Shown: positions 1 through 13,708 of the stretch, piece by piece
Position numbering within the stretch: the first letter of the stretch is position 1
How the letters are laid out: every line of letters starts with the position of its first letter
Source of the DNA: Mycobacteriales bacterium
GTDB lineage: Bacteria > Actinomycetota > Actinomycetes > Mycobacteriales > SCTD01
Reading direction: 5' to 3'
Assembly (NCBI GenBank): GCA_038235705.1
Contig: JBBSTR010000001.1
Span: 43,541 to 107,540 of the forward strand
Length of the DNA stretch: 64,000 nucleotides
Translations under genes and position numbers: made by a program
The notes under the pieces: generated by a model
The model's database searches: none
Told to the model about the DNA's origin: nothing
Seen by the model: only the letters and a program-made list of their open reading frames with translations

Positions 1-236
1 CCGGACTTCGTCAAGCTGGCGGAGGCGATGGGCTGCGTCGGTCTGCGGTGCGAGAAGGCCGAGGACGTCGACGCCACGATCCGCCAGGCCATGGCGGTCA
101 CCGATTCGCCGGTCGTGATCGACTTCATCGTCGGCGAGGACGCCATGGTGTGGCCGATGGTGCCCGCCGGGACCAGCAACGACGAGATCCTCGCCGCGCG
201 GGACACCCGCCCGGTCTGGGGCGAGGAGGACGTCTG

Positions 237-237
<1 letters not shown>
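1..237 (+). CDS. ilvB: Acetolactate synthase large subunit, C-terminal fragment (5' end outside window)
   Basis: Frame 1 is open from base 1 ([23 protein letters not shown]...[19 protein letters not shown]), resembling the C-terminus of AHAS catalytic subunits. It is followed directly by ilvN and ilvC. Confidence 0.8.
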
Positions 238-1833
<1,596 letters not shown>

Positions 1834-1842
1834 CCGCAGCGA

Positions 1843-1891
1843 CGACGCCGAAGGCCCGGCCCCCGAGCGGGGGACCGGGCCTTCGGCGTCG
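1843..1891. terminator. Bidirectional stem-loop between convergent ilvC and protease gene
   Basis: Perfect 17-bp arms CGACGCCGAAGGCCCGG (1843-1859) / CCGGGCCTTCGGCGTCG (1875-1891), with inner CCCCC-GAGC-GGGGG. Lies between the ilvC stop (1833) and the minus-strand stop (1896). Confidence 0.7.
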
Positions 1892-1895
1892 AGGC

Positions 1896-3653
1896 TCAGC
1901 CCGGGATGCGGTTCTGCGCCCGCGCGACGTACTCCTGGCTGGAGGCCAGGAACGCCGCCAGCTCGAGGTCACCCCGGGCGCGTACCACCGGCGGCCACGT
2001 CGACAGCCCGGACGGGTCGGCGTCCCGGGTCAGGAAGAACTTGTACAGATCGTTGACCCGGCGCCGCAGCGACTCGTTCGACGCGTAGAACTGCGTGGCG
2101 ACGTAGACCCGGCCACGGCTGCGCGCCTGCGTCACCCAGCCGGCCTTGCCGGCAGGGTCGGAGGTGCGGCCGAGCAGCTTGGCGTAGAGGTCCTCGACCC
2201 ACGTCGCGTCGGTGTTGCCGCCGAGCCGCTGGTAGTACTCGGGGCTGGCGTAGAAGGCGGCGGCCACCTCGGCGACCGGCTTGCCGGCCCGCAGCGCGTT
2301 GCGCCAGTTGTCGAGGCCACCCTGGTCGGGGTCGCGCCCGAGGGTGTTGCGGTAGAAGCCCGTGACCACCTTGCGCAGGTATTCGTCGGAGGTCGCCAGC
2401 TCCAGGGAGAGCGCCTTGCGCGAGACCTGGTTGCGGTCGAGCCGACCCGCGGCGGCGTCCCGTTCCGAGCTGCTCGGCACTCGGCCGAGGAAGTCCTGGT
2501 AGAGAGCCGTGACGTACTTCTGGGAGACGCTCAGCCCGGTCGACGGGGTAGAGGCGGTCCCGCCGTAGCCCATGTCCCGGAGCATCGCCAGTGCCAGCGG
2601 GCCGGGGTCACGGATCACCTCGCCCGCGGTCAGGAACGGCGTCATGAGCGCGTCCCGGCTGCCCGGCGGGTAGGTGTCCTCGTCCAGGTGGGAACCGCTG
2701 GAGCCCAGCTCGTACGGCACCGGGGCGTAGAGCCGCGGCCGGACGCCGCCGTTCGCAGCGATCGCCTGCGGACCGGTCCAGTAGAGGCGGTTGCTCTGCA
2801 GAGCGGCACCGAGCGCGTGAGAGCCGTCCGCGAGCGACTCGAGCGGGGTGACCGTGCTCCCCTGGACCGTCGCGGTGAAGTCGTCGAACGGGTAGTAGAT
2901 GTAGGCGTTGCCGGCGCTGTCGGCGAACCCGAGACGGCCCTCGTCGTCGTTCGGGTCGTTGTCGTTGGGACCGAAGGGGTCGACGTCGTCCGAGCCGATG
3001 AAGCCCAGGCCGTGACCCAGCTCGTGGAGCACGACCGTGGAGAGGTCGACCTGGTTGGGGCCGGGCGTCCCGGTCCCGAAATACCACCGGTTGCCCAGCG
3101 TCGAGCTGAAGGACGCCACGATGTCAGGCCGGGTGGCGTTGAAGGACCGTCCCGTCCGCGCCTCGTAGAGCGCGACGGCGGACAGGTCCGAGCCGGACTC
3201 GACGTTCTCCGCGGGACCGGCGGACCCGAGGGCGCCGGGGTCCATCGTTTCCCAGTCGGCGCTGACCCGGATGACCTGTGACGAGCTGATCTTGGAGGAC
3301 CACACAGCGACCGCGCGACCGAAGGCGGTCTTGGCCTCGGCGGGGAACGCCGAGTTGTAGGTCACCTCCCAGGTCGAGGCGGCCCCGGTGATCTGGACGC
3401 CGGCCTGCCGGGGGGTCGTTCGGACCCGCGGGGTCGGCGCCGGCGCCGGGGTCGTCGTCACCTGTCCGGGAGCAAGGTAGGTGACGGTGCGCTCGGCTGC
3501 GACGCGGCGCGGCGCCGGGCTCGCTCCGGCGGTGGTGGCCGACGCAGGCAGGGCCGGGGCGACGGCGGCCAGCATGACCGCGGCGACGACGCCGGACAGG
3601 CCGACGGCGGCGCGCGACCGGGAGGACGGCGCGGCGGGGAACAAGCTCATCAA
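1896..3653 (-). CDS. Secreted zinc-metalloprotease-like protein (HExxH) with four C-terminal DUF4214-type repeats
   Basis: N-terminal signal-like segment (AAVMLAAVAPALPASA). Motifs VVLHELGHGLGF, later SHLDE and ALMTPF. Four repeats of the LY..LLGR..D..G...W pattern. The RBS GGAG sits in the 9-bp gap to the upstream paralog. Confidence 0.7.
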   Translation of the reverse strand: MMSLFPAAPSSRSRAAVGLSGVVAAVMLAAVAPALPASATTAGASPAPRRVAAERTVTYLAPGQVTTTPAPAPTPRVRTTPRQAGVQITGAASTWEVTYNSAFPAEAKTAFGRAVAVWSSKISSSQVIRVSADWETMDPGALGSAGPAENVESGSDLSAVALYEARTGRSFNATRPDIVASFSSTLGNRWYFGTGTPGPNQVDLSTVVLHELGHGLGFIGSDDVDPFGPNDNDPNDDEGRLGFADSAGNAYIYYPFDDFTATVQGSTVTPLESLADGSHALGAALQSNRLYWTGPQAIAANGGVRPRLYAPVPYELGSSGSHLDEDTYPPGSRDALMTPFLTAGEVIRDPGPLALAMLRDMGYGGTASTPSTGLSVSQKYVTALYQDFLGRVPSSSERDAAAGRLDRNQVSRKALSLELATSDEYLRKVVTGFYRNTLGRDPDQGGLDNWRNALRAGKPVAEVAAAFYASPEYYQRLGGNTDATWVEDLYAKLLGRTSDPAGKAGWVTQARSRGRVYVATQFYASNESLRRRVNDLYKFFLTRDADPSGLSTWPPVVRARGDLELAAFLASSQEYVARAQNRIPG

Positions 3654-3662
3654 GGCTCCAGA

Positions 3663-5441
3663 TCAGGGGGCGGTGGGGCGCTTCTGGGCACGCTCCCAGA
3701 AATCGGGCGTCGAAGCGAGCGACGCGGCGAGGACCGTGTCGCCGTTCGTCTGCAGCGCCGCCGGCCAGGTGGCGAGGCCGGACGGGTCGGCCGGACGGTC
3801 CACCAGTGTGCGGTAGAGCCGGACCACGCGCCGTCGCAGGGCCTCGTCGCTGGTGTAGAGGCCGCGGGCCAGCCCCGGACGGTCGCCGGCCTGGGCCACG
3901 TTGATCGCACGTCCAGGCTGGTCGGCGGGGCGTCCGAGGACGTCGCGGTAGAGCGCGTCCACCCAGGCGCCGTCGGTGCCGCCGGCCTGCGCGTAGTACT
4001 GGGGACCCGCCAGGAACGCGGCTGCCACCCCGTTCGGGTTGCCATCCTTGGCCAGCTGCTCCGACCAGCCGGCCAGCTCGGCGGCGCTGGGGGCCGGACC
4101 GCCCACCCCGGGGCGCTGGAGCAGGTCGACGTACAGCTGGCGGACGACCTGATTGCGGTGCTCCGCGCTGCGGGTCAGTGCGAGCGCGAATCCCTGCCGG
4201 GTGAGGGTGCGGTTGCGGACCCGGTCCCGCCACGCGGCCGTTCCCTCCGGGTCGGCGGGCCGGCCCAGCAGGGCGCGGTAGGCCGCGTCGACGTACCGGG
4301 CGTCCTTGTTCGGGAACCAGCCCAGGTCGGCGAGCATGCCGATCGCGATCGAGCCCGGAGCGCTGATGCGCTCGCCCGAGCCGATGAAGGGCGTCATGAG
4401 CGCGTTGGGGTCGCCGGGCGGGTAGGTCTGCTCGTCGAGGTGGGAGAAGCTCGACCCGTCCTCGAAGCCTGGCCGGGTCGGCGCGAACAGCTTCGGCCGC
4501 ACGCCCCCGGCCCCACGCACCCCCAGTGGCCCGTCCCAGAACAGCTCGTCGCTCTGCAGCGCCGTGCTGAGCGGGGTGGAGGGGTTTGCGTACGAGGTCA
4601 GCAAGTCGGTCCCGCGGCTGCTCGTCCGCACCACGTTGACGTCCCAGTGGCTGAGCAGCCGGCTGCCGCCGGACCCCGGGAAGCCGAGGGTGAGCGGCGC
4701 GGACGGGGTGTCTTGGCCGGCCGAGCCGAGGAAACCGAGCCCGTGCGCCAGCTCGTGGAGCACGATCGTCTCGAAGTCGATCCGGTCCGGCGGCGGCGGC
4801 TCGGCGTCGAACCACCAGCCGCGCTGCGCCCGGTTGAAGCCGGAGTCGATGTCGGCGGCACCGCGGTTGATGTCGGTGTGCTCGCGAGCCTCCACGAGCG
4901 CGATGGCCGAGACGAAGCCGGGGGCGGAGTCCTCGGTCACCAGGCCGCCGGGGCCCGCGAACCCGAGCAGCCCGGGGTCGGGCGGCGAGCCCGGGGGCAG
5001 CTGCTCCCAGGCGGCCGTGACGTCGATCTCCTGGTCCGACGGCATGATCGCGGCCCAGCGGGCGACCGCGCGCAGGTAGGCGTCCTTGGCCTGCTGCGGG
5101 AACGGCACGGCGCCGGGGTGGGCGGGGGTGCCGCCGGTGAGGAAGGTGACGGCCCAGGTGGACTGCGACCCGGTGACCCGGACCAAACCGGGGCCTGTCA
5201 CCGCCAGGGCGCTTCGGGGGACCGGTTCGCTGCGCAGGCCCGCAGCGGTGCGGGGGACCGGGCCGCCCGGTGCGAGGTGCACGCTCACCAGCCGCGCGGG
5301 CAGGATCGTCCGGGCCGGCGACTTTTGCGCTCCTGCCGGGGCCTGCACCAGCTGCACCGGGGCGGCCTGTGCCGGGCCGGTCAGCACCAGCGCGAGCGGC
5401 AGCAGGGCAGCCACCAAGCTCGCCCGCCGGGTCGACGTCAT
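3663..5441 (-). CDS. Secreted zinc-metalloprotease-like protein (HExxH) with four DUF4214-type repeats; paralog of 1896-3653
   Basis: Signal peptide MTSTRRASLVAALLPLALVLTGPAQA (RR-containing). Motifs IVLHELAHGLGF, SHLDE, ALMTPF and four LY..LLGRP.D repeats. Architecture is collinear with the downstream gene. Confidence 0.7.
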   Translation of the reverse strand: MTSTRRASLVAALLPLALVLTGPAQAAPVQLVQAPAGAQKSPARTILPARLVSVHLAPGGPVPRTAAGLRSEPVPRSALAVTGPGLVRVTGSQSTWAVTFLTGGTPAHPGAVPFPQQAKDAYLRAVARWAAIMPSDQEIDVTAAWEQLPPGSPPDPGLLGFAGPGGLVTEDSAPGFVSAIALVEAREHTDINRGAADIDSGFNRAQRGWWFDAEPPPPDRIDFETIVLHELAHGLGFLGSAGQDTPSAPLTLGFPGSGGSRLLSHWDVNVVRTSSRGTDLLTSYANPSTPLSTALQSDELFWDGPLGVRGAGGVRPKLFAPTRPGFEDGSSFSHLDEQTYPPGDPNALMTPFIGSGERISAPGSIAIGMLADLGWFPNKDARYVDAAYRALLGRPADPEGTAAWRDRVRNRTLTRQGFALALTRSAEHRNQVVRQLYVDLLQRPGVGGPAPSAAELAGWSEQLAKDGNPNGVAAAFLAGPQYYAQAGGTDGAWVDALYRDVLGRPADQPGRAINVAQAGDRPGLARGLYTSDEALRRRVVRLYRTLVDRPADPSGLATWPAALQTNGDTVLAASLASTPDFWERAQKRPTAP

Positions 5442-5947
5442 GAGGTGGGGGCTCCGCTCGGGGTGACAGGGGCAGACGGACGAGGCGACAGACCCGGCCG
5501 CCGAACGGGAGACGTATGAACCGGCTCAGGCGTTCGCCGTGACCCCGCCTGTCTGGACGCTATCCCGCACGCCCCTGCCGGCCCACGCGTCGTCACGGAT
5601 CCTCGTCAGATCGTCATGTCTGGTCCCGGTCGCGCCGGTCGACCGGTCGAGTCCCGTCTCGACCGGGGCCGGGTGTTCCTTGAGGGTTGCGCACGGCTGG
5701 GCCGAAAGCTGGCCGGGGTGGGTTCGGACCACATGACGTGACGAGAACGCTTGACTTGGTCGGCCTCGACGCGGAAGGTCTTCGACGGGCCAGTTTCGTG
5801 GGCCATCAGATTTCCGCTGACCGTGGAGGCTGTTCACGTGCGCGAAGGACCGATCCGACTCGAGTCGGCATACCGAAAGCGCCGCACGGCCGACCCCACG
5901 AACAATGGCCGCCATGAACATTTCACGCCGGCACCCAGGAACGACAG

Positions 5948-7396
5948 ATGGTGAGCCGCGGGACCGACGCGCCGGGCATGGCCGTCGCCGGCATGTTTCG
6001 TCGCAAGCCGATCAGCAAGGAGGTCGACGACTCGCTGGAGCGCAGCATCGGGCTCTGGCAGCTGACCGCGATCGGGCTCGGCGCCATCATCGGCGCAGGC
6101 ATCTTCGCGCTGGCCGGCCCGGTGGCCAAGGCGGACGCCGGCCCTGCGGTGTCGCTCTCGTTCCTGCTCGCCGGGTTTGCCAGCGCCTGCGCAGCCTTGT
6201 CCTACGCGGAGTTCGGCGGCCTGATCCCGCAGGCGGGCTCTGCCTACACCTACGGGTACGCCGTGCTCGGCGAGGTGGTCGGCTGGTTCATCGGATGGGA
6301 CCTGCTGCTGGAATACACCGCGATCGTCGCGGTCGTCGCGATCGGGGTCTCGCAGTACATCTCGTTCCTGCTCATCGCGTTGGGCGTCAACCTGCCCGCC
6401 TGGATGCTGGGCGCGCCGGGAAGCGGCGACGGCCACCGGGTGGACCTGTTCGCGATCCTGCTCTGCCTGGGGGTGGCGTGGCTTCTCAACCGGGGCATCA
6501 AGACCAGCGCGCGGATCGAGACCTACCTGGTGTTCGTGAAGATTGCGATCGTGATCGCAGTGATCGTCGTCGGCTTCTTCTACGTCAAGTCCGATAATCT
6601 CGCACCGTACGTCCCGTTCGGCTTCAGCGGGGTCGCGACCGGGGCGGCGACGGTGTTCTTCGCGGTGTTCGGGTACGACGCGATGAGCACCGCCGCGGAG
6701 GAATCGAAAGAGGCTGAGCGCAACCTTCCTAAGGCCATCTTGATCTCGCTCGGCATCGCCATGGTGCTCTATCTGCTCGCCGCCACCGTCCTCACCGGGA
6801 TGGTGAAGTACACCGACCTGTCGGACAACGCGGCGTTCAGCGAAGCGTTCAGCGCGGTGGGCCGACCGGAGTTTGCGAAAGTCGTCGCCGTCGGGGCGAT
6901 CGTCGGCATCATCACGGTGCTGTTCTCGTTCACGCTCGGCGCCTCCCGGATCTGGTATTCGATCAGCCGCGACGGGCTGCTGCCGGCCTGGTTCGCGGTC
7001 ACGAACAAGCGGCACTCGCCGAGCCGACCGGTGTGGATCGTCGGCATCGTCGCGGCGGCGATCGCCGGGGTCGTCCCCATCGGTACGGCCGCCGAGCTCA
7101 CCAACATCGGGATCTTGCTGGCCTTCGTGGTCGTCTGCGCAGCGGTCATCGTGCTGCGCTATCGCTCACCCGACCTGCCCCGCACCTTCCGGGTGCCGTT
7201 CATGCCGGTCGTCCCGCTGCTCGGCATCGGGTTCTCGCTGTATCTCACCAGTCAGCTCATGTGGGAGACGTGGGTCCGGTTCGCCATCTGGTTCCTGCTC
7301 GGTGCCGTCGTCTACGCCTCCTACGGCTACCGGCACAGCAAGCTCGGCCGCGGCGAGGCCGTGGCGGGCGACCCGGAGCGGGAGCTCAACGGCTAG
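5948..7396 (+). CDS. APC-superfamily amino acid permease (cationic amino-acid transporter-like)
   Basis: Multi-TM protein with N-terminus FRRKPISKEV...LWQLTAIGLGAIIGAGIFALAG, typical of YfnA/CAT-type permeases. The start is uncertain; in-frame ATGs also occur at 5978 and 5993. Confidence 0.8.
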   Translation: MVSRGTDAPGMAVAGMFRRKPISKEVDDSLERSIGLWQLTAIGLGAIIGAGIFALAGPVAKADAGPAVSLSFLLAGFASACAALSYAEFGGLIPQAGSAYTYGYAVLGEVVGWFIGWDLLLEYTAIVAVVAIGVSQYISFLLIALGVNLPAWMLGAPGSGDGHRVDLFAILLCLGVAWLLNRGIKTSARIETYLVFVKIAIVIAVIVVGFFYVKSDNLAPYVPFGFSGVATGAATVFFAVFGYDAMSTAAEESKEAERNLPKAILISLGIAMVLYLLAATVLTGMVKYTDLSDNAAFSEAFSAVGRPEFAKVVAVGAIVGIITVLFSFTLGASRIWYSISRDGLLPAWFAVTNKRHSPSRPVWIVGIVAAAIAGVVPIGTAAELTNIGILLAFVVVCAAVIVLRYRSPDLPRTFRVPFMPVVPLLGIGFSLYLTSQLMWETWVRFAIWFLLGAVVYASYGYRHSKLGRGEAVAGDPERELNG

Positions 7397-7460
7397 ACGT
7401 GGGGATGGCCTGGCGCCCTACTAGCGTGACCTGGCCCACTCCCGCGCAGCAAGGAAGCCT

Positions 7461-9053
7461 GTGACTCGACGCCCCGTCGTCCTGATCGCCGAAGAGCTCG
7501 CCCCGTCCGTGCTCGCCGTGCTCGGAGCCGGGGTCGACGTGCGACACGTGGACGGGGCCAACCGGTCTGCCCTGCTGCCGGCCCTCGCCGACGCCGAGGC
7601 GCTGCTCGTGCGCAGCGCCACCCGGGTCGACGCCGAGGCGCTCGGTGCGGCGCCGCGGCTCACCGTGGTCGCGCGGGCGGGGATCGGCCTCGACAACGTG
7701 GACGTCGCGGCTGCGACCGCCCGGGGCGTGATGGTGGTCAACGCGCCCCAGAGCAACATCGTCAGTGCCGCCGAGCAGGCGGTGAACCTGCTGCTGGCCT
7801 GCGCCCGAAACACGGCGGCCGCCGACCGGTCGCTGCGTGAGGGGCAGTGGCAGCGTGCGCGCTGGACCGGGGTCGAGGTGTCCGACAAGACGGTCGGCGT
7901 CGTCGGGCTCGGTCGGATCGGCGTGCTGTTCGCCCAGCGGATGGCGGCTTTCGGCGTGCACCTGGTCGCCTACGACCCGTACGTCGCGCCCGCGCGTGCC
8001 GCGCAGCTGGGGGTGCGGCTGGTCTCCCTGGAGGAGCTGATGAGCGTCAGCGACTTCGTCTCGATCCACCTGCCGAAGACGCCGGAGACCACCGGGCTGA
8101 TCGACGCCGGGATGCTGAAGCTCTGCAAGCCGTCCGTCAGGATCATCAATGCCGCCCGCGGAGGTCTGCTGGACGAGGACGCGCTCGCCGACGCGCTCGC
8201 AGCAGGCACCGTGGCCGGCGCCGGGCTCGACGTGTTCGCCGTCGAACCGACGACGTCCTCACGGCTGTTCGCTTTCGACTCGGTCGTCGTCGCCCCGCAC
8301 CTGGGTGCGTCCACGGTCGAGGCGCAGGACAAGGCCGGGATCGCGGTCGCGCACTCGGTGCTGCTGGCGCTGTCCGGCGAGTTCGTGCCGGACGCGGTCA
8401 ACGTCCAAGCCGCGGGCGTCGTGGTGGAAGAGGTCCGTCCGGCGCTGCCGCTCGTCGAACGGCTCGGCCGGATCTTCACCGCGCTCGCCGACGGACCGGT
8501 GTCGCGCCTGGAGGTCGTGGTGCGGGGCGAGCTGGCGGCGTACGACGTCTCGGTCCTGCAGCTGGCGGCGCTCAAGGGGGCCTTCTACGACGTCGTCGAG
8601 GAGCAGGTGACCTTCGTCAACGCGCCGGCGCTGGCGGCTGAGCGCGGCATGGAGGTCTCGTTGGTGACGTACGCCGAGAGCCCGGACTACCGCAGCCTCG
8701 TCCGGGTGCACGGGGTGCACGCGGACGGTCGCACCGTCTCGGTCTCCGGGACGCTTGCCGGGAGCCGTCAGGTGGAGAAGCTGATCGAGGTGGACGGCTT
8801 CGACGTCGACCTGCAGCCGGCGGAGCACCTGGTCTTCCTGAGCTATGAGGACCGGCCGGGGGTCGTCGGTACGGTCGGGGCAGCCCTCGGCGAGGCCGGG
8901 GTCAACATCGCCGGTGCGCAGGTCGCCAGGACCTCGCAGGGAGGAGGCGCGCTCATGACGCTCACCGTGGACTCGGCGGTCCCGCCGGACGTGCTGGCGA
9001 GGATCGGCACGGCGATCGGTGCCAGCCGCGCGCGGACGGCGGACCTGTCATGA
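7461..9053 (+). CDS. serA: D-3-phosphoglycerate dehydrogenase (long form with ACT domain)
   Basis: 530 aa with a GTG start preceded by AAGGAAG. NAD motif VGVVGLGRIG and C-terminal ASB/ACT-like region. Conserved position after ilvC in actinobacteria. Confidence 0.9.
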   Translation: MTRRPVVLIAEELAPSVLAVLGAGVDVRHVDGANRSALLPALADAEALLVRSATRVDAEALGAAPRLTVVARAGIGLDNVDVAAATARGVMVVNAPQSNIVSAAEQAVNLLLACARNTAAADRSLREGQWQRARWTGVEVSDKTVGVVGLGRIGVLFAQRMAAFGVHLVAYDPYVAPARAAQLGVRLVSLEELMSVSDFVSIHLPKTPETTGLIDAGMLKLCKPSVRIINAARGGLLDEDALADALAAGTVAGAGLDVFAVEPTTSSRLFAFDSVVVAPHLGASTVEAQDKAGIAVAHSVLLALSGEFVPDAVNVQAAGVVVEEVRPALPLVERLGRIFTALADGPVSRLEVVVRGELAAYDVSVLQLAALKGAFYDVVEEQVTFVNAPALAAERGMEVSLVTYAESPDYRSLVRVHGVHADGRTVSVSGTLAGSRQVEKLIEVDGFDVDLQPAEHLVFLSYEDRPGVVGTVGAALGEAGVNIAGAQVARTSQGGGALMTLTVDSAVPPDVLARIGTAIGASRARTADLS

Positions 9054-9889
9054 GGTTCTCCTCCTACGACGGGACGCAGCTCGAGGTGACCGAGCTCGGA
9101 TCCGGTCCGCCGCTGGTGTGCGTCCCCGGGGGACCTGGGCGGGCCGCCGCCTACTTCGAGGACCTGGCCGGGCTCTCAGAGGTCCGGACGCTCCTGCGCC
9201 TGGACCCGCGGGCCACCGGTCGCTCGGAGGTGCCGGCCGACCCGTCCAGCATGCGGTTCGATCGTCAGGCCGCCGACGTCGAGGCGCTGCGCGAACACCT
9301 CGGACTCGCGACCCTGGACGTCCTCGGTCACTCGGCCGGCTGCATCGTCGCCCAGTGCTGGGCCTCGCAGCACCCCACCTCGGTCGGTCGGCTTTTGCTG
9401 CTCACGCCGTCGGACGTGCTCCAGGGCGGGCGTCGGTCCGACACGGCGCAGATCCGGGAGAGCTTCTCGGCCGAGCCCTGGTACGCGGATGCCGCCGAGG
9501 CCCTCGACGCGGTGCGGACGGCCCCGCCGGCGCAGCAGCAGTCCCTCGTGCGGGCGACCCGCCCGTTCATGTATTCGCGGTGGGACGCGCGCACGCAGGA
9601 GCACGCCGCCGGGGCCGACACCCAGAGCAGCAAGCGCGCCGAGCTGGGGTTCGCGACCGGCAAGGAAGAGGTCGACAAGGCCGCTCTGGTGGCCGGGCTC
9701 GCTGCGGTCACCGCACCGGTGCTGGTCGTCGGCGCGGAGCGGGACACGATGACCGGGCTCGCGTCGGTCGACCTGGTCGCCGCGTCGTTCCCGGGTGCGC
9801 AGACCGCGGTCATCCCCGGCGCCGGCCACTTCCCGTGGGTGGACGCCCCGGAGGGTTTTCGCGCTGCGGTCGACCCGTTCCTCTCGTGA
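9050..9889 (+). CDS. Alpha/beta-fold hydrolase
   Basis: ATGA overlap with the serA stop. Nucleophile elbow VLGHSAGC (GxSxG) and C-terminal GAGHFPW motif. Confidence 0.7.
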   Translation: MRFSSYDGTQLEVTELGSGPPLVCVPGGPGRAAAYFEDLAGLSEVRTLLRLDPRATGRSEVPADPSSMRFDRQAADVEALREHLGLATLDVLGHSAGCIVAQCWASQHPTSVGRLLLLTPSDVLQGGRRSDTAQIRESFSAEPWYADAAEALDAVRTAPPAQQQSLVRATRPFMYSRWDARTQEHAAGADTQSSKRAELGFATGKEEVDKAALVAGLAAVTAPVLVVGAERDTMTGLASVDLVAASFPGAQTAVIPGAGHFPWVDAPEGFRAAVDPFLS

Positions 9890-12648
<2,759 letters not shown>

Positions 12649-12657
12649 CCTGACTGC

Positions 12658-13680
12658 ATGACAGACACGACCAGGCTTGCAGTCATCGGTGGGGACGGGA
12701 TCGGCCCGGAGGTGGTGGCCGAGGGGCTCAAGATCCTCGACGCCGTGCTGCCGGGGGTGGAGCGCACCGACTACGACCTGGGCGCCACCGCCTACCGGCG
12801 CACCGGAGAGGCGCTCCCGGACTCCGTGCTCGACGAGCTGGGGCAGCACGACGCGATCCTGCTCGGCGCGATCGGCGACCCGTCCGTCCCGCCCGGCGTG
12901 CTCGAGCGCGGGCTGCTGCTCCGCCTGCGGTTCGCGCTCGACCACCACGTCAACCTGCGCCCGGTGCGGCTGCTGCCCGGCGTGACCTCCCCGCTCGGCG
13001 ACGTCCCGATCGACATGGTCGTCGTCCGTGAGGGCACCGAGGGGCCCTACGTCGGCAACGGCGGTCGCCTGCGTGAGGGCACCCCGCACGAGGTCGCCAC
13101 CGAAGTGAGCCTCAACACCGCGTACGGCGTCGAGCGCGTCGTCCGCGAGGCGTTCCGGCGGGCTTCCGCACGGCCGCGCAAACACCTGACCCTGGTGCAC
13201 AAGACCAACGTGCTGGTGCACGCCGGCGGGCTCTGGAAGCGGGTCACCGACGAGGTGGCGGTGGACTTCCCGGACGTCTCCGTGGACTACCAGCACGTCG
13301 ACGCAGCCTCGATGTTCTTCGTCACCGACCCGGGCCGGTTCGACGTGGTCGTCACCGACAACCTGTTCGGCGACATCCTCACCGACATCGGCGCGGCGAT
13401 CGGCGGCGGCATCGGGCTCGCCGCCAGCGGCAACCTCGACGTCTCGCGCGTGCACCCGTCGATGTTCGAGCCGGTGCACGGGAGCGCTCCGGACATCGCC
13501 GGTCAGGGGATCGCCGACCCCACCGCGACCGTGCTGTCGGTGGCGTTGCTGCTGGAGCACCTGGGCCACACCGACCAGGCCGCGCGGGTCGAGGCCGCGG
13601 TCGCGGCCGACCTCGTCGAGCGTGACGGAGCACGGCTCACGAGCGAGGTCGGGGACGCGATCCTCGCGCGTCTGTCGTGA
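12658..13680 (+). CDS. leuB: 3-isopropylmalate dehydrogenase
   Basis: 340 aa with [14 protein letters not shown] and [25 protein letters not shown] signature. Confidence 0.92.
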   Translation: MTDTTRLAVIGGDGIGPEVVAEGLKILDAVLPGVERTDYDLGATAYRRTGEALPDSVLDELGQHDAILLGAIGDPSVPPGVLERGLLLRLRFALDHHVNLRPVRLLPGVTSPLGDVPIDMVVVREGTEGPYVGNGGRLREGTPHEVATEVSLNTAYGVERVVREAFRRASARPRKHLTLVHKTNVLVHAGGLWKRVTDEVAVDFPDVSVDYQHVDAASMFFVTDPGRFDVVVTDNLFGDILTDIGAAIGGGIGLAASGNLDVSRVHPSMFEPVHGSAPDIAGQGIADPTATVLSVALLLEHLGHTDQAARVEAAVAADLVERDGARLTSEVGDAILARLS

Positions 13681-13708
13681 CGGCGGGCCGGGGGTTTACC
13701 GTCAGGGC

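Noticed and set aside
5526-5921. 131-codon minus-strand ORF filling most of the long intergenic region upstream of the permease.
   Set aside because: By hand count roughly 37 of 131 codons end in A/T, far below the flanking genes. The product looks disordered with no motif, and no RBS was seen. It is kept only as something to test under the 5442-5947 finding.
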